Origin: an uncultured Pseudomonadota bacterium
GTDB taxonomy: Bacteria; Oederibacteriota; Muellerivitia; Muellerivitales; Muellerivitaceae
NCBI GenBank assembly: GCA_963843375.1
Contig: CAWJKT010000010.1
Span: forward strand, 64,001-128,000
Length of the DNA: 64,000 nucleotides
Reading direction: 5' to 3'
In this document: positions 18,150 to 27,676 of the stretch, one piece after another
How the letters are laid out: every line of letters begins with the position of its first letter
Position numbering within the stretch: the first letter of the stretch is position 1
Notes under the pieces: generated by a model
The model's database searches: none
What the model saw: only the letters and a program-made list of their open reading frames with translations
What the model was told of the DNA's origin: nothing
Position numbers and translations under genes: made by a program

Positions 18150-20740
18150 TTAATCTCGCTTTTGGATGACGGGGATGGGGTATTGGCCAGGTGACTTCCT
18201 TAAAAAAGCGGAAGAGCCTTCTGCCTGTTGTTTTATCTCACGGCGACTCTGCATCAAGGCCCATCCAATGAAACCCAGACATAGGATTATCGCAAGGAAG
18301 CCCTGCGTTTTGGCTTCGGGACCCAAGCTGGCCGCTTGAAGGTTATGGTTCATCACGAACCCCAAGCTTAATAAAGCTACCATGTTCATGACCTTTAACA
18401 GGGGGTTCAAAGCGGGGCCTGCTGTGTCTTTAAGAGGATCCCCACCGTGTCGCCGGTAACAGCAGCCTTATGGGCTTCAGATCCTTTTCCCCCATGATGA
18501 CCATCCTCAATCAACTTTTTTGCGTTATCCCAGGCTCCCCCGGCGTTAGACATGAAGACGGCCAGAAGCTGGCCGCAAAGGATGGCTCCGGCCAAAAAAC
18601 CTCCTAAAGCGTATGGCCCCAAGATAAGCCCTACCGCGAGGGGGGTAAAAACTGCCAGGGCGGCTGGACCCACCAGTTCCATTTGGGCTGTGCGGGTGCA
18701 GATATCCACGACCCGCCCGTAATCGGGCTTCTTTTTTCCTGACCAGACCAGCTTATCCATGAATTGAAGACGACATTCTTCTACGATATCGGCCGCAGCC
18801 CTCCCGACCGCTCTGATGAGCATGGAACTGAAAAGGAAGGGAATAGCTCCTCCGATCATGAAGCCTATGAAAACCACGGGATAGGCTGGTGAAAGTTTTC
18901 CTGCTTCGATCAAGTAGGTAGCCGCGGACATCTGGGGAATCTTGTCCTCGCTGCCGACGGCTATGACGGCGATAAAACTGGCGAAAAGGGAAACCGCTGC
19001 GATAACCGCCGAACCGATGGCGATACCCTTGGTTTCGGCCTTGGTAGTATTGCCTACGGCGTCCAAATCAGCAAGAATTCGACGGGCGCTTTGATAACTC
19101 CCCCGTTTTTCCTTTTCCATTTCGATACGGTTGTAACCCATTTCCCCGATACCATTGGCGTTATCGGCGATGGGGCCGAAGGCATCCATGGAAATAGTAT
19201 TCCCGGACAAGGTGAGCATTCCGATCCCTGTCATGGAAATACCGAAAGCGACGAAAATGGGAGGGGCCCCTGAATAGCAAAGAACCGATAGAAAAATAGC
19301 CGCACCGATAACAGCGATCGCCGCCACGGAACTTTCATAGCCGATGGCCAGGCCCTGGATGATGTTGGTTGCATGGCCGGTCTCACAGGCCTTGGCCAGG
19401 GATTTCACGGGGGAATGTTCGGTGTGGGTATAATAACTTGTCACCTTGTTGAGGGTTAGTGCCAGCAAAATGCCAATGAGGCAAGTGAGCATGGGCCGAA
19501 GGTCCAACCCCCCCTGGCCCAAAGTGAGCCACCAGGACAGATGGCTAGGTTGACCCTCGGGAAAACCCGCCAAAGCCACCGGATTCTGGGACAGATAAAG
19601 CGGATTGAAACGAAGGTAGAAATAACCCAAGGTAATAATACCAAGTACTGAAATAAACGAACCTACCCAATATCCCCGATGAATGCTTCGAAGGGCCATG
19701 CCCGAAGAATCGCCCTCCCGTGCTCTCACCACGAAAGTGCTCAGAATCGATCCAAGTACTCCTGTACCCCTCACCAAAAGAGGGAAGAGAACGCCGATGT
19801 GACCGAATGAGGCCAGTCCCAGGATCATGGCTGCCACGATGGTCACCTCGTAGCTCTCAAATACGTCGGCGGCCATTCCAGCACAATCCCCGACGTTATC
19901 CCCGACCAAGTCGGCGATAGTGGCTGCGTTGCGGGGATCGTCCTCAGGAATACCTTTTTCGATTTTACCTACCAAGTCCGCTCCAACATCCGCGCCTTTT
20001 GTATAAATGCCCCCGCCCACTCGCATAAAGAGAGCCAAAAGCGTGCCTCCAAAACCGAAACCCAGGAGAGCTTCATAAGATCGTTCGCCGTAAATTAAGA
20101 ATATGACCGTGCATCCGATAAGCCCCAAGCTGTCTAAAAGCATGCCGGTTATCTTTCCGGTTCGATAACCCAAACGGAGAGCCTCCGCATAGCTCTTGGT
20201 CGCCGCCGCGGCCACCCGGAGGTTGCCCTTAGTGGCGAAATGCATGCCGACGTAACCGATGGTCCAACTAAAAAGGGACCCCATGAGGAAAGCTGCGGCT
20301 CTTCCATAGGCGAAGGCGGGCTCATTTCCTGAGTAACTAAAGTAAAGGAGCACCGTCAGAAGAATGATAAAAAGGCTCAAACGTTGAAACTGGGCTCCCA
20401 AGTAGGCCTGGGAGCCTTCTTTAATGGCTGCGGCAATGGATTTCATTTTATCCGTTCCGCTTTCTGCCGAATTAACTTGTCCAATCAGAAACCATGCGAA
20501 GAGAAGACCAACCAAGGTCAGTCCCAAAACGGATAAGAGGGCAACAATCTCCAAGGAACTGTACCGGGGATCGGTAAAAAGGGAGAATGGTTGAAAACCT
20601 CCATTAGGTCCACTCGTTTGGGCCTGATTGAAGCCTAAAAGACGAAGGGGATGAAGGAATAGGGCGCAGCCTAATATAATTGGTCCTAAATATGCACTTG
20701 AATAAGAAAATCGTTTTTTGGCCTTTTTGCTTGGTTTCAT
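18150..20740 (-). CDS. hppA: Membrane-bound H+-translocating pyrophosphatase, K+-independent type (frameshift near 18440)
   Basis: GGGIYTKGADVGADLVGKIE, DDPRN, GDNVGD, GNTTKA, GGAWDNAKK, GDTVG; C-terminus NPLLKVMNMVALL in ORF 18150..18410; start placed at MKPSKK downstream of the promoter box. Confidence 0.9.
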
Positions 20741-20800
20741 TTTGCCCCCTGAAATTTCTTGTTCTGACCCGAAGTTTAAAACGAAGAGGGGGGATTGCGT

Positions 20801-20814
20801 ATGACGAAGATCAT
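20801..20814. promoter_or_regulatory. Crp/Fnr-type box ATGA-cgaaga-TCAT
   Basis: Upstream of hppA; TAAACT on the minus strand from 20778 (29.5 nt). Confidence 0.75.
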
Positions 20815-20937
20815 CATTCAAGGGGAAACCGAAAATCTTGGACTGGAAAGCTTAAATTACCGCAAAAACTCCAAGGGTATCTTCGGAAACTTAACTTATC
20901 TTCAATGAGTTACCAGGATTTAGACAAGTTCGGAGAA

Positions 20938-21723
20938 TCATGAAACCTTGCGCCTGTTGAAGTTTTTAGACATTCGGATGGTATTTTGGATAATTCGATT
21001 ACGGCCCTTTTCCTTTGCCTCGTAAAGGGCCTGGTCTGCCAGGGCGATCAGTTGGCGGTAGTTTAAGCCCGAACTCTCGTAACTTGTCACGACACCTAAG
21101 CTGACTGTCAATTGGACCCGGTGATTATTTTGCACAAAAAGGTGCCTTTGTGTGGCTTTGCGGATCCGTTCGGCGACGATTCGCCCCTGAACCTGATCAC
21201 AATTGGGAAGGATGCAAAGAAATTCTTCCCCGCCGTAGCGGGCCACTGTGTCCCCTTCCCGAAGACATCGTCGAAAAATCATAGCAAAATGTTTTAAGAC
21301 GTAATCTCCGAAAGGATGACCATAAGTGTCATTGATTCTTTTGAAGTGATCCAGGTCCAGCATGAAGCAGGAGATAGGAAGGCGATTGGTGAGGTGGCGC
21401 CTAAACTCGATTTTGAAGGTGTCGTGAAGATAGCGGTGATTGCCCAAGCCGGTTAAGGGGTCAGTCAATACTTCTTTGGATAATACCGCGTCTTTTCGAA
21501 TGAGATGGTCCTCGCTTCGTCCGATGAAAAAACCAAAAATGGCGAAAACCAAGCATGTGTTAATGAGCATGTAAAGATAGAAATAATAATGGAGCGTCCA
21601 TTCTTGTGCGAGGAAAGTCGCAAAGGGAGTAGCGGAAAATAAAAATCTTGGAATAAATATTCCAAGTGGGGCGCCTGTACCGAGCAATAATCCAAAGAGG
21701 GTGAATAAATAGGACTTTTTCAT
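20938..21723 (-). CDS. Membrane-anchored diguanylate cyclase
   Basis: Two TM helices; TDPLTGLGN, DLDHFKRINDTYGH, RxxD (REGD) then RYGGEEF. Confidence 0.9.
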   Translation of the reverse strand: MKKSYLFTLFGLLLGTGAPLGIFIPRFLFSATPFATFLAQEWTLHYYFYLYMLINTCLVFAIFGFFIGRSEDHLIRKDAVLSKEVLTDPLTGLGNHRYLHDTFKIEFRRHLTNRLPISCFMLDLDHFKRINDTYGHPFGDYVLKHFAMIFRRCLREGDTVARYGGEEFLCILPNCDQVQGRIVAERIRKATQRHLFVQNNHRVQLTVSLGVVTSYESSGLNYRQLIALADQALYEAKEKGRNRIIQNTIRMSKNFNRRKVS

Positions 21724-21768
21724 ATATCCCCCTTTTAATTATTTTTCATCATTCGGGGGAATATTTAA

Positions 21769-21782
21769 ATGACAATCATCAT
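21769..21782. promoter_or_regulatory. Crp/Fnr-type box ATGA-caatca-TCAT
   Basis: Upstream of the DGC; weak -10 (AAAAAT) at the expected distance. Confidence 0.6.
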
Positions 21783-22085
21783 ATGAAAGGGGTTAAAACC
21801 GGAAATCCATCAACGCTCATGCTGGGTTGCCGGGAAAGCCCCATATCTATTGCCTTTTTCAAGTCAAAGCCAGCTCGTAAGGTCCTTTTCTGGGTTACTT
21901 TTTCGGCTTCAATAGACGTGCGCTTTGGATTTTAATTTCTCAGGTTTTTCGAATTTTGCCCAGATTTTTGAAGAATTGTACCTGTTTTTCCCTTTTTAGG
22001 ATTTGGGCCCGAGTGCCTGGCTTGGAAAGTTTCCGGCTGCCATCCGAGGAATAAAGAATATATTTTCCTTTCCCTGTCCGTTTAA

Positions 22086-22607
22086 TCATGATCTTTGCCC
22101 CCCTTCGGGTTGGGTATCTTTATCAAAAGAGTCGACGGAAAAAGTGAGCAAGCGGCATAAAGCGGATTTTTCCTCGATGCCGATTACCCTTTCTAATTCC
22201 GGATAAAGAATCCGCTCTTCCCGAAGGGAATGGTGTTCAATGAACTTCTTGAAGTGGGCTTCATCATCCAAAAGAGAAATGACATCCTTGACGGCAGCCA
22301 CGAAATCCAATCGAGAAAGCCTTAATTTGATGCGGTTCAACCATTCATCGATTTTTTGGTGTTCCTGGATGAAAGTGTCGGGGTCCCCTCCGCGAATGGG
22401 GGCGACTCTTTTACTGTAAAGAGGCAAAAGGATTTCCTCCTCCTCTTTTAAATGACATCGGAGAGCTTCTTCATAGGTTTTAAGCAGACGAGTTGCGTTT
22501 GATCTTGTCGGTTTCAAAAGGGCCACTTGATGATGAAAGAACAACTCATCCAATTCCCGGTGGATATTACTTAAGTCCAATAGGCTTTTAGGAGGGGAAG
22601 GGATCAT
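22086..22607 (-). CDS. Hemerythrin-domain protein
   Basis: H...HLKEEEEILLP...EH...HHSLREERILYP. Confidence 0.85.
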   Translation of the reverse strand: MIPSPPKSLLDLSNIHRELDELFFHHQVALLKPTRSNATRLLKTYEEALRCHLKEEEEILLPLYSKRVAPIRGGDPDTFIQEHQKIDEWLNRIKLRLSRLDFVAAVKDVISLLDDEAHFKKFIEHHSLREERILYPELERVIGIEEKSALCRLLTFSVDSFDKDTQPEGGQRS

Positions 22608-22665
22608 GTTTATTCCTTATTTTTTTAAACCGTTTTTATGATAATTTTCAGTTTTCAGAATCCAT

Positions 22666-22679
22666 ATGACCGGTCTCAT
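22666..22679. promoter_or_regulatory. Crp/Fnr-type box TATGA-ccggtc-TCATA
   Basis: Upstream of the hemerythrin gene; TATCAT on the minus strand from 22643 (29.5 nt). Confidence 0.75.
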
Positions 22680-22734
22680 AAAAAGGATAAAAGATGTGAG
22701 AGGCTTGGGTTGGAACTCGAAGTTTAAAAGGAAT

Positions 22735-23868
22735 CTAATTCAGCGTCTGCCGGAAACGCCCTGAACTGACCCAAACCATAAAGACCGCCATAGCATAGAG
22801 GATGCCCGCATAGGTGCAAAAGAGTCCCAGGTCCCCCCCCTTGAGCATAATATTTCTTAAAAGCGCCACGAAATACATCACCGGGTCCATGTAAGCGATA
22901 GGCTTCAATATCCAGGGCATATTCTCAATGGGGTAAATCAGGCCCGACAGCTGAATAGCCGGAAAGATAAACAAAAACCCAAACATCGATGATTGCTGCA
23001 TGTTGCGGACAAAACTGGAAAGAAGCACTCCCAAGCTCACGGTGTTAATCACAAAGCCTAGCGCACCCACAAACAGCATCCAAATGGGGCCCCGCATTGG
23101 AACATGAAACACCAACACCGCCACCGTTAGTACCAAAAACATGTCCACCATGCCAAAAATAACGTAAGGCACCGTTTTGCCCATCAAAATCTCAATCGGC
23201 TTGGCGGGCGAGGCTATCAGCGCCTCAAAGGTGCCCAACTCCTTTTCACGAGCGATGGAAGAACTGGTCAAGACTACCGTAATAATCACCAGTACCATGC
23301 AAAGAACACCCGGAACCATGAAAACAGACGTTTCCAATTCCGGATTGTAAAGATACCGTACCGAGAACTGAATGGGAGGGTTTGGTTGTTTTAAATGTGT
23401 GTGCTCCTCCAGCGCCTCTGCCACAATGGATTTCACATAGCCGTCGATGCTCTGGGCTTTCTCGATATTTTCCGCATCCACTAATAGCTGTACCCGGCCC
23501 TTGCCGATTTCCGTCGCCCTCGTTAAACCGCCCTCCGGAGCCATAAGTACCGCGTCCGCCCTCCCCGATTGAATCAAGTGAAAAGGATTGCTGTCATCCT
23601 TCGGGGCTGGAATAAACCAGCTCGATCCATAACAGCGATCCTCAATTTCCCGCATCAACACGTCATTAGGTTTGTAGACAAAAGAGATCTTGATGTTCCT
23701 CACATCGGTGGAAAGGGCAAAACCAAAGAGAATTAGTTGGATCATGGGCGCCACTAAAAGCAAAAAACGCATGCGGGTATCCCTCAAAGTCTGCACCAGT
23801 TCCTTCTTGATAAAACCTATCAGGGTGGGGTTCAATTTGAGCTTGAAATTCGGTAGTTTAAATTTCAT
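22735..23868 (-). CDS. ABC-2 exporter permease (YbhR-like)
   Basis: YNPELE...VPG, SIAREKELGTFE, LSGLIYPIENMP. Confidence 0.9.
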   Translation of the reverse strand: MKFKLPNFKLKLNPTLIGFIKKELVQTLRDTRMRFLLLVAPMIQLILFGFALSTDVRNIKISFVYKPNDVLMREIEDRCYGSSWFIPAPKDDSNPFHLIQSGRADAVLMAPEGGLTRATEIGKGRVQLLVDAENIEKAQSIDGYVKSIVAEALEEHTHLKQPNPPIQFSVRYLYNPELETSVFMVPGVLCMVLVIITVVLTSSSIAREKELGTFEALIASPAKPIEILMGKTVPYVIFGMVDMFLVLTVAVLVFHVPMRGPIWMLFVGALGFVINTVSLGVLLSSFVRNMQQSSMFGFLFIFPAIQLSGLIYPIENMPWILKPIAYMDPVMYFVALLRNIMLKGGDLGLFCTYAGILYAMAVFMVWVSSGRFRQTLN

Positions 23869-24983
23869 GGCTCCACATCCCTTTTAAAAAATCTTACCGC
23901 CATGTTGATAAACAAAATATCCATTCCCAGCAAAATCAACAGCGGCCATATCAGTTCCTCAATTCCTGCTCCCCTTAAAAACAAACCCCGCACCACCACC
24001 ATGTACCAGCGTGCGGGGAAGATCATGGTGAAATACTGAAAAAATATGGGCATGCTTTCCACTGGAAATACAAAGCCGGAAAGCATCATGGCGGGCAATT
24101 GCCCAAGGGTTTGGGAAAATTGAATGGCTGCGATTTGGTGTCGGGTGGTGACCGAAATAATCAGCCCTTGGGCCATGCAGGCCGTTAAAAAAAGCAGGGT
24201 GCCGATAAAAAGAAGGATATGACTACCCGCGAAAGGCACGCCAAAAAGAAGTCTGGCGGCAAGGTAAATAATGGTCTGTCCGATAAAACCCATCACTAAA
24301 TAGGGAAAAAGCTTACCTACGATAATTTCCGCTGGCGACACAGGTGTTGATAGCAACATCTCCATGGACCCGTTTTCCCATTCTCTCGCCACTGTCAGAG
24401 CGGTCAACATGATGCCCAAAATGGCCAAAACCACCACCGATAACCCTGGTACCGTAAACCACCTGCTGTTCAGTTCACCATTGAATAAATAACGGGTGAC
24501 GACACTCACGGGCTGGGACGCGGTCTGCCCGGTTATTTTTTGTATCGCTGCCATTTGAACACCCGAAAGGTAGCCGCCGATGACGCCGGCAGTGGAATTA
24601 TCCGATCCATCAATAAGCACTTGGGTCGTGACCGTTCCTTCCCGGTTCATGTCCCGCTCAAAATGAGGTTGTATGTATAAAACACCTCGGGCCTTTTGGG
24701 AGTCCAAAGTCTTGGCCATGTTTGCGTCCAGGTCCCGGAAATGAATGTTGAAATAACCCGAGGACTGAAAGGTTTCCGCCAGTTGGCGGGAAGAGCGGCT
24801 ATGGTCCAGGTCGTAAACTGTCAAGTCGATATCATGAACGTTAAAATCCATAGCATATCCGAAGAAAAGGACCATGAGCAAAGGTAGGCCGATGGCCAGC
24901 CCTAAGGTAAAAGGGTCTCTGACGATATGGCGAACTTCCTTGCGGGCGATGGAATAGGCCCGTCGAAAGCTAAACCCGTTCAT
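23865..24983 (-). CDS. ABC-2 exporter permease (YbhS-like)
   Basis: Start at MNGFSFRRAYSIARKE; TVAREWENGSME, LSGFVFPVESMP. Confidence 0.9.
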   Translation of the reverse strand: MNGFSFRRAYSIARKEVRHIVRDPFTLGLAIGLPLLMVLFFGYAMDFNVHDIDLTVYDLDHSRSSRQLAETFQSSGYFNIHFRDLDANMAKTLDSQKARGVLYIQPHFERDMNREGTVTTQVLIDGSDNSTAGVIGGYLSGVQMAAIQKITGQTASQPVSVVTRYLFNGELNSRWFTVPGLSVVVLAILGIMLTALTVAREWENGSMEMLLSTPVSPAEIIVGKLFPYLVMGFIGQTIIYLAARLLFGVPFAGSHILLFIGTLLFLTACMAQGLIISVTTRHQIAAIQFSQTLGQLPAMMLSGFVFPVESMPIFFQYFTMIFPARWYMVVVRGLFLRGAGIEELIWPLLILLGMDILFINMAVRFFKRDVEP

Positions 24984-25154
24984 GAGGTACCCCTGGCAAA
25001 AAAATAATTTCATCGCCAAGACACCCAAACGCCAAGAACTGTAAAATGAAAACCATAAATATATTTTTATGAAAAAACATAAAAACCAATATTGTTTTAA
25101 TAGATTGGTTTGATGCTCTTTTAGCATCTTGGCAATAGACACCTTGTTGAGTTT

Positions 25155-26072
25155 TCATTTTTTCTTTCCTTCCACCAGGCGTATAAAAACATCTTCCAGG
25201 GAAGGTTTAATTGGCTTATTCTCGAAATCGCCGGAAAAACGTTTCGCCGTTTTGTTCCAGGCCTGCGCATCGCTTACCACTATATGAAAACGCATACCAT
25301 AGGGGTTCACTTCCTCCACGGCCTTTTCCTTTTTTAACTTTTCTATCCAACCGCGTGAATGGGTTTTGGGGTTTATCTCAAAGATGGGCTCGTGAAAAGC
25401 TTTTTTCTTCAACTGGTCCGGGCTTCCAATGGCGATAATCGCTCCTTCCCTCATCAGGGCAATCCGACCGCACTGCTCTGCCTCATCCATATAGTGGGTG
25501 GTGACAAACACCGTTTTGCCTTTTTTCGACAAACCCTTGATGATGCTCCAAAAGCGTACGCGAAATACCGGAGATACACCCGCTGTGGGCTCATCCAAAA
25601 AAATAATCTCGGGGTCATGAAGCAGGGCCGCCACCAGGCTAACTTCCTGCCTCGTCCCGCCGCTTAGCTCCCTCACTAGACGTTTGGGGCTTTCTTTAAA
25701 GCGGATAAACTTCAGCCATTTTTCTTGCCGTTCAAGCTGGATTTTTTTGGGGATCTTGTGCAATGCAGCCGTAAAGTCCAGGTTTTCCTCTACTGTCATG
25801 TCCTGGTAAAGGGTAAATTTTTGGCTCATATAACCCACCTGTGCCTTTATTGCTTCCAGCCCCTTTTTCGGGTCGAGCCCCGCTACCCGCACCTCCCCCG
25901 AGGTGGGTATGAGGAGGCCGCATAAAACCCTTATGGTCGTGGTCTTGCCCGCCCCGTTGGCACCCAAAAAGCCAAATATTTCCCCGGGGTTTACGGAAAA
26001 GGAAATGTCATTGACCGCAATGAATGCGCCGAACTTAACGGTTAAGGTTTTCACTTCTACAGAGAAAGGCAT
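25155..26072 (-). CDS. ABC exporter ATP-binding subunit
   Basis: GANGAGKTT, LSGG, LDEPTAG, TTHYMDEAE. Confidence 0.9.
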   Translation of the reverse strand: MPFSVEVKTLTVKFGAFIAVNDISFSVNPGEIFGFLGANGAGKTTTIRVLCGLLIPTSGEVRVAGLDPKKGLEAIKAQVGYMSQKFTLYQDMTVEENLDFTAALHKIPKKIQLERQEKWLKFIRFKESPKRLVRELSGGTRQEVSLVAALLHDPEIIFLDEPTAGVSPVFRVRFWSIIKGLSKKGKTVFVTTHYMDEAEQCGRIALMREGAIIAIGSPDQLKKKAFHEPIFEINPKTHSRGWIEKLKKEKAVEEVNPYGMRFHIVVSDAQAWNKTAKRFSGDFENKPIKPSLEDVFIRLVEGKKK

Positions 26073-26782
26073 TACTTCACCGCCTTCTCGGTTTGAACAT
26101 CCAAATAGTCGTACTTCAAAAAGAGTTGCTCGAAACTCTTCACTTTTTCCTTAACCAAAATCTCTTGAGGATCGCCGCTACCCAGTAAGTTACCGCGCTC
26201 CATCACATGCACCTGGTCGCACCGCTCCGCTTCATCCATGTAAGCGGTAGTAATGACTATCAAAATGCCATCGTCCCGAAGCCGGTAAAGCAGTTCCCAA
26301 AATTCCCGCCGACTGATGGGGTCTACTCCCGTGGTAGGCTCGTCCAGCAATACCAGTTCAGGGCTTCTCAACAGCGCACACATGAGTCCCAGTTTTTTAT
26401 ACATGCCGCCTGAAAGTTGTCCCGCGGGTCTTTCCTGGAAAGCTTCCATGCGAGTGATGTGCAACAGTTCCTGGCGTCGGGCCTTGTAAATGTTGTCGGG
26501 GATTTGGTAGAGATCACGGAAAAAATCCAGATGTTCGCCCACCGAAAGGTCGGCGTAAAGGCTTTGTAACTGGGGCATATAAGCCATCATCGGTCGGATT
26601 TTTTCAAAGGCCATTGGTTTGCCATTGTTTAGATAGGTTACCTTGCCCTCGGTAGGTTTGAGCAGGCCCATGATGATACGCAACATGGTGGTTTTGCCCG
26701 AACCTTCCGGGCCGATCAGCCCGTGCAGCATGGCGGGTTTAAAGAAAATGCTCACGCCCTTAATGGCGCTGTTGTGCCCCAT
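26072..26782 (-). CDS. ABC exporter ATP-binding subunit (reading frame open about 15 codons further upstream)
   Basis: GPEGSGKTT, LSGGM, LDEPTTGVD, TTAYMDEAE. Confidence 0.9.
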   Translation of the reverse strand: MGHNSAIKGVSIFFKPAMLHGLIGPEGSGKTTMLRIIMGLLKPTEGKVTYLNNGKPMAFEKIRPMMAYMPQLQSLYADLSVGEHLDFFRDLYQIPDNIYKARRQELLHITRMEAFQERPAGQLSGGMYKKLGLMCALLRSPELVLLDEPTTGVDPISRREFWELLYRLRDDGILIVITTAYMDEAERCDQVHVMERGNLLGSGDPQEILVKEKVKSFEQLFLKYDYLDVQTEKAVK

Positions 26783-26940
26783 TTGCTTGACGATTTTTTC
26801 AGCCTCAATGCCGATCTTTGGATTTTTCGTAAAACACCTTCCTTACCACAGAGACATGGAGGCACGAAGAACTGCAAAAATCCTATAATCTGAAGAATTT
26901 TATTTCCTTGGGTCCCTGGACTCTGTTGTGATTTCCTATT

Positions 26941-27672
26941 TCATTCTTTTGGCAAATCGGCTTCCAGAGTCATGCCGGGTTTCAACAAACCATCCGGATT
27001 ATCGAAAGTGATTTTGATGGCGTAAACCAGGTTGGTTCTTTCAGCTTCAGTTTGCACGTTTTTCGGGGTGAATTCGGCCTCGTCGTTGATGTGTGTGATC
27101 ATCCCTTGAAATGTTTTCCCCTTCATCTCTGGCAGAGTGGCATTCACCTTTTGGCCGTAGGAAAGTTTTACCAAGATCGGCTGGGGAACGTAAAAATAAC
27201 ACCAAACCTGTTGTAGATCGGCCAAGGTAAAAAGCTTGCTTCCCGGAGCCACCCAATCCCCCGGTTCATGGTATTTGGTGAGAATGGTCGCCTTCAGTGG
27301 GGAAGCAATTGAACACCACTGCACATGCAGATCCGCGAGCTGTTTTTGGGCCTTCAAATGGTTGAAAGTTTCCACAGGCATGGAGCCCGCTTGATAAAGT
27401 CTCAGTCCCCTGGCGTAATCATCATTTGCACTGTCCTGGGCAACCTTATAATCCGGCCCATCCAGGGTGACCAGCGGTTGTCCTAATGTGACGGCCTGTC
27501 CTTCGTCGGCCTGAAGGGAATTGACCGTGGAAGAAACTTGGGAAGCCACGTCGACCTCGGTGGCCTCCACCGTTCCAGCGTATGCAAACTTATTGGCTTG
27601 GATTCTCCAATAGATCAGAGCCCCCAAAACCAGAATGGCAAGGGGAATGAGGAACTTCAGCCGTTTTTTCAT
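26941..27672 (-). CDS. HlyD/YbhG-family membrane fusion protein
   Basis: GTVEATEV, AEFTPKNVQT, LKPGM. Confidence 0.9.
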   Translation of the reverse strand: MKKRLKFLIPLAILVLGALIYWRIQANKFAYAGTVEATEVDVASQVSSTVNSLQADEGQAVTLGQPLVTLDGPDYKVAQDSANDDYARGLRLYQAGSMPVETFNHLKAQKQLADLHVQWCSIASPLKATILTKYHEPGDWVAPGSKLFTLADLQQVWCYFYVPQPILVKLSYGQKVNATLPEMKGKTFQGMITHINDEAEFTPKNVQTEAERTNLVYAIKITFDNPDGLLKPGMTLEADLPKE

Positions 27673-27676
27673 GGAT

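Noticed and set aside
18150..18410. Separate 86-aa membrane protein
   Set aside because: It is the frameshifted C-terminus of HppA
24984..25142. 53-aa N-terminal extension of the permease, and similar extensions at 15286, 20821, 32293 and 33014
   Set aside because: They run through intergenic inserts or promoter elements; downstream ATGs fit family N-termini, SD sequences or the promoter positions better
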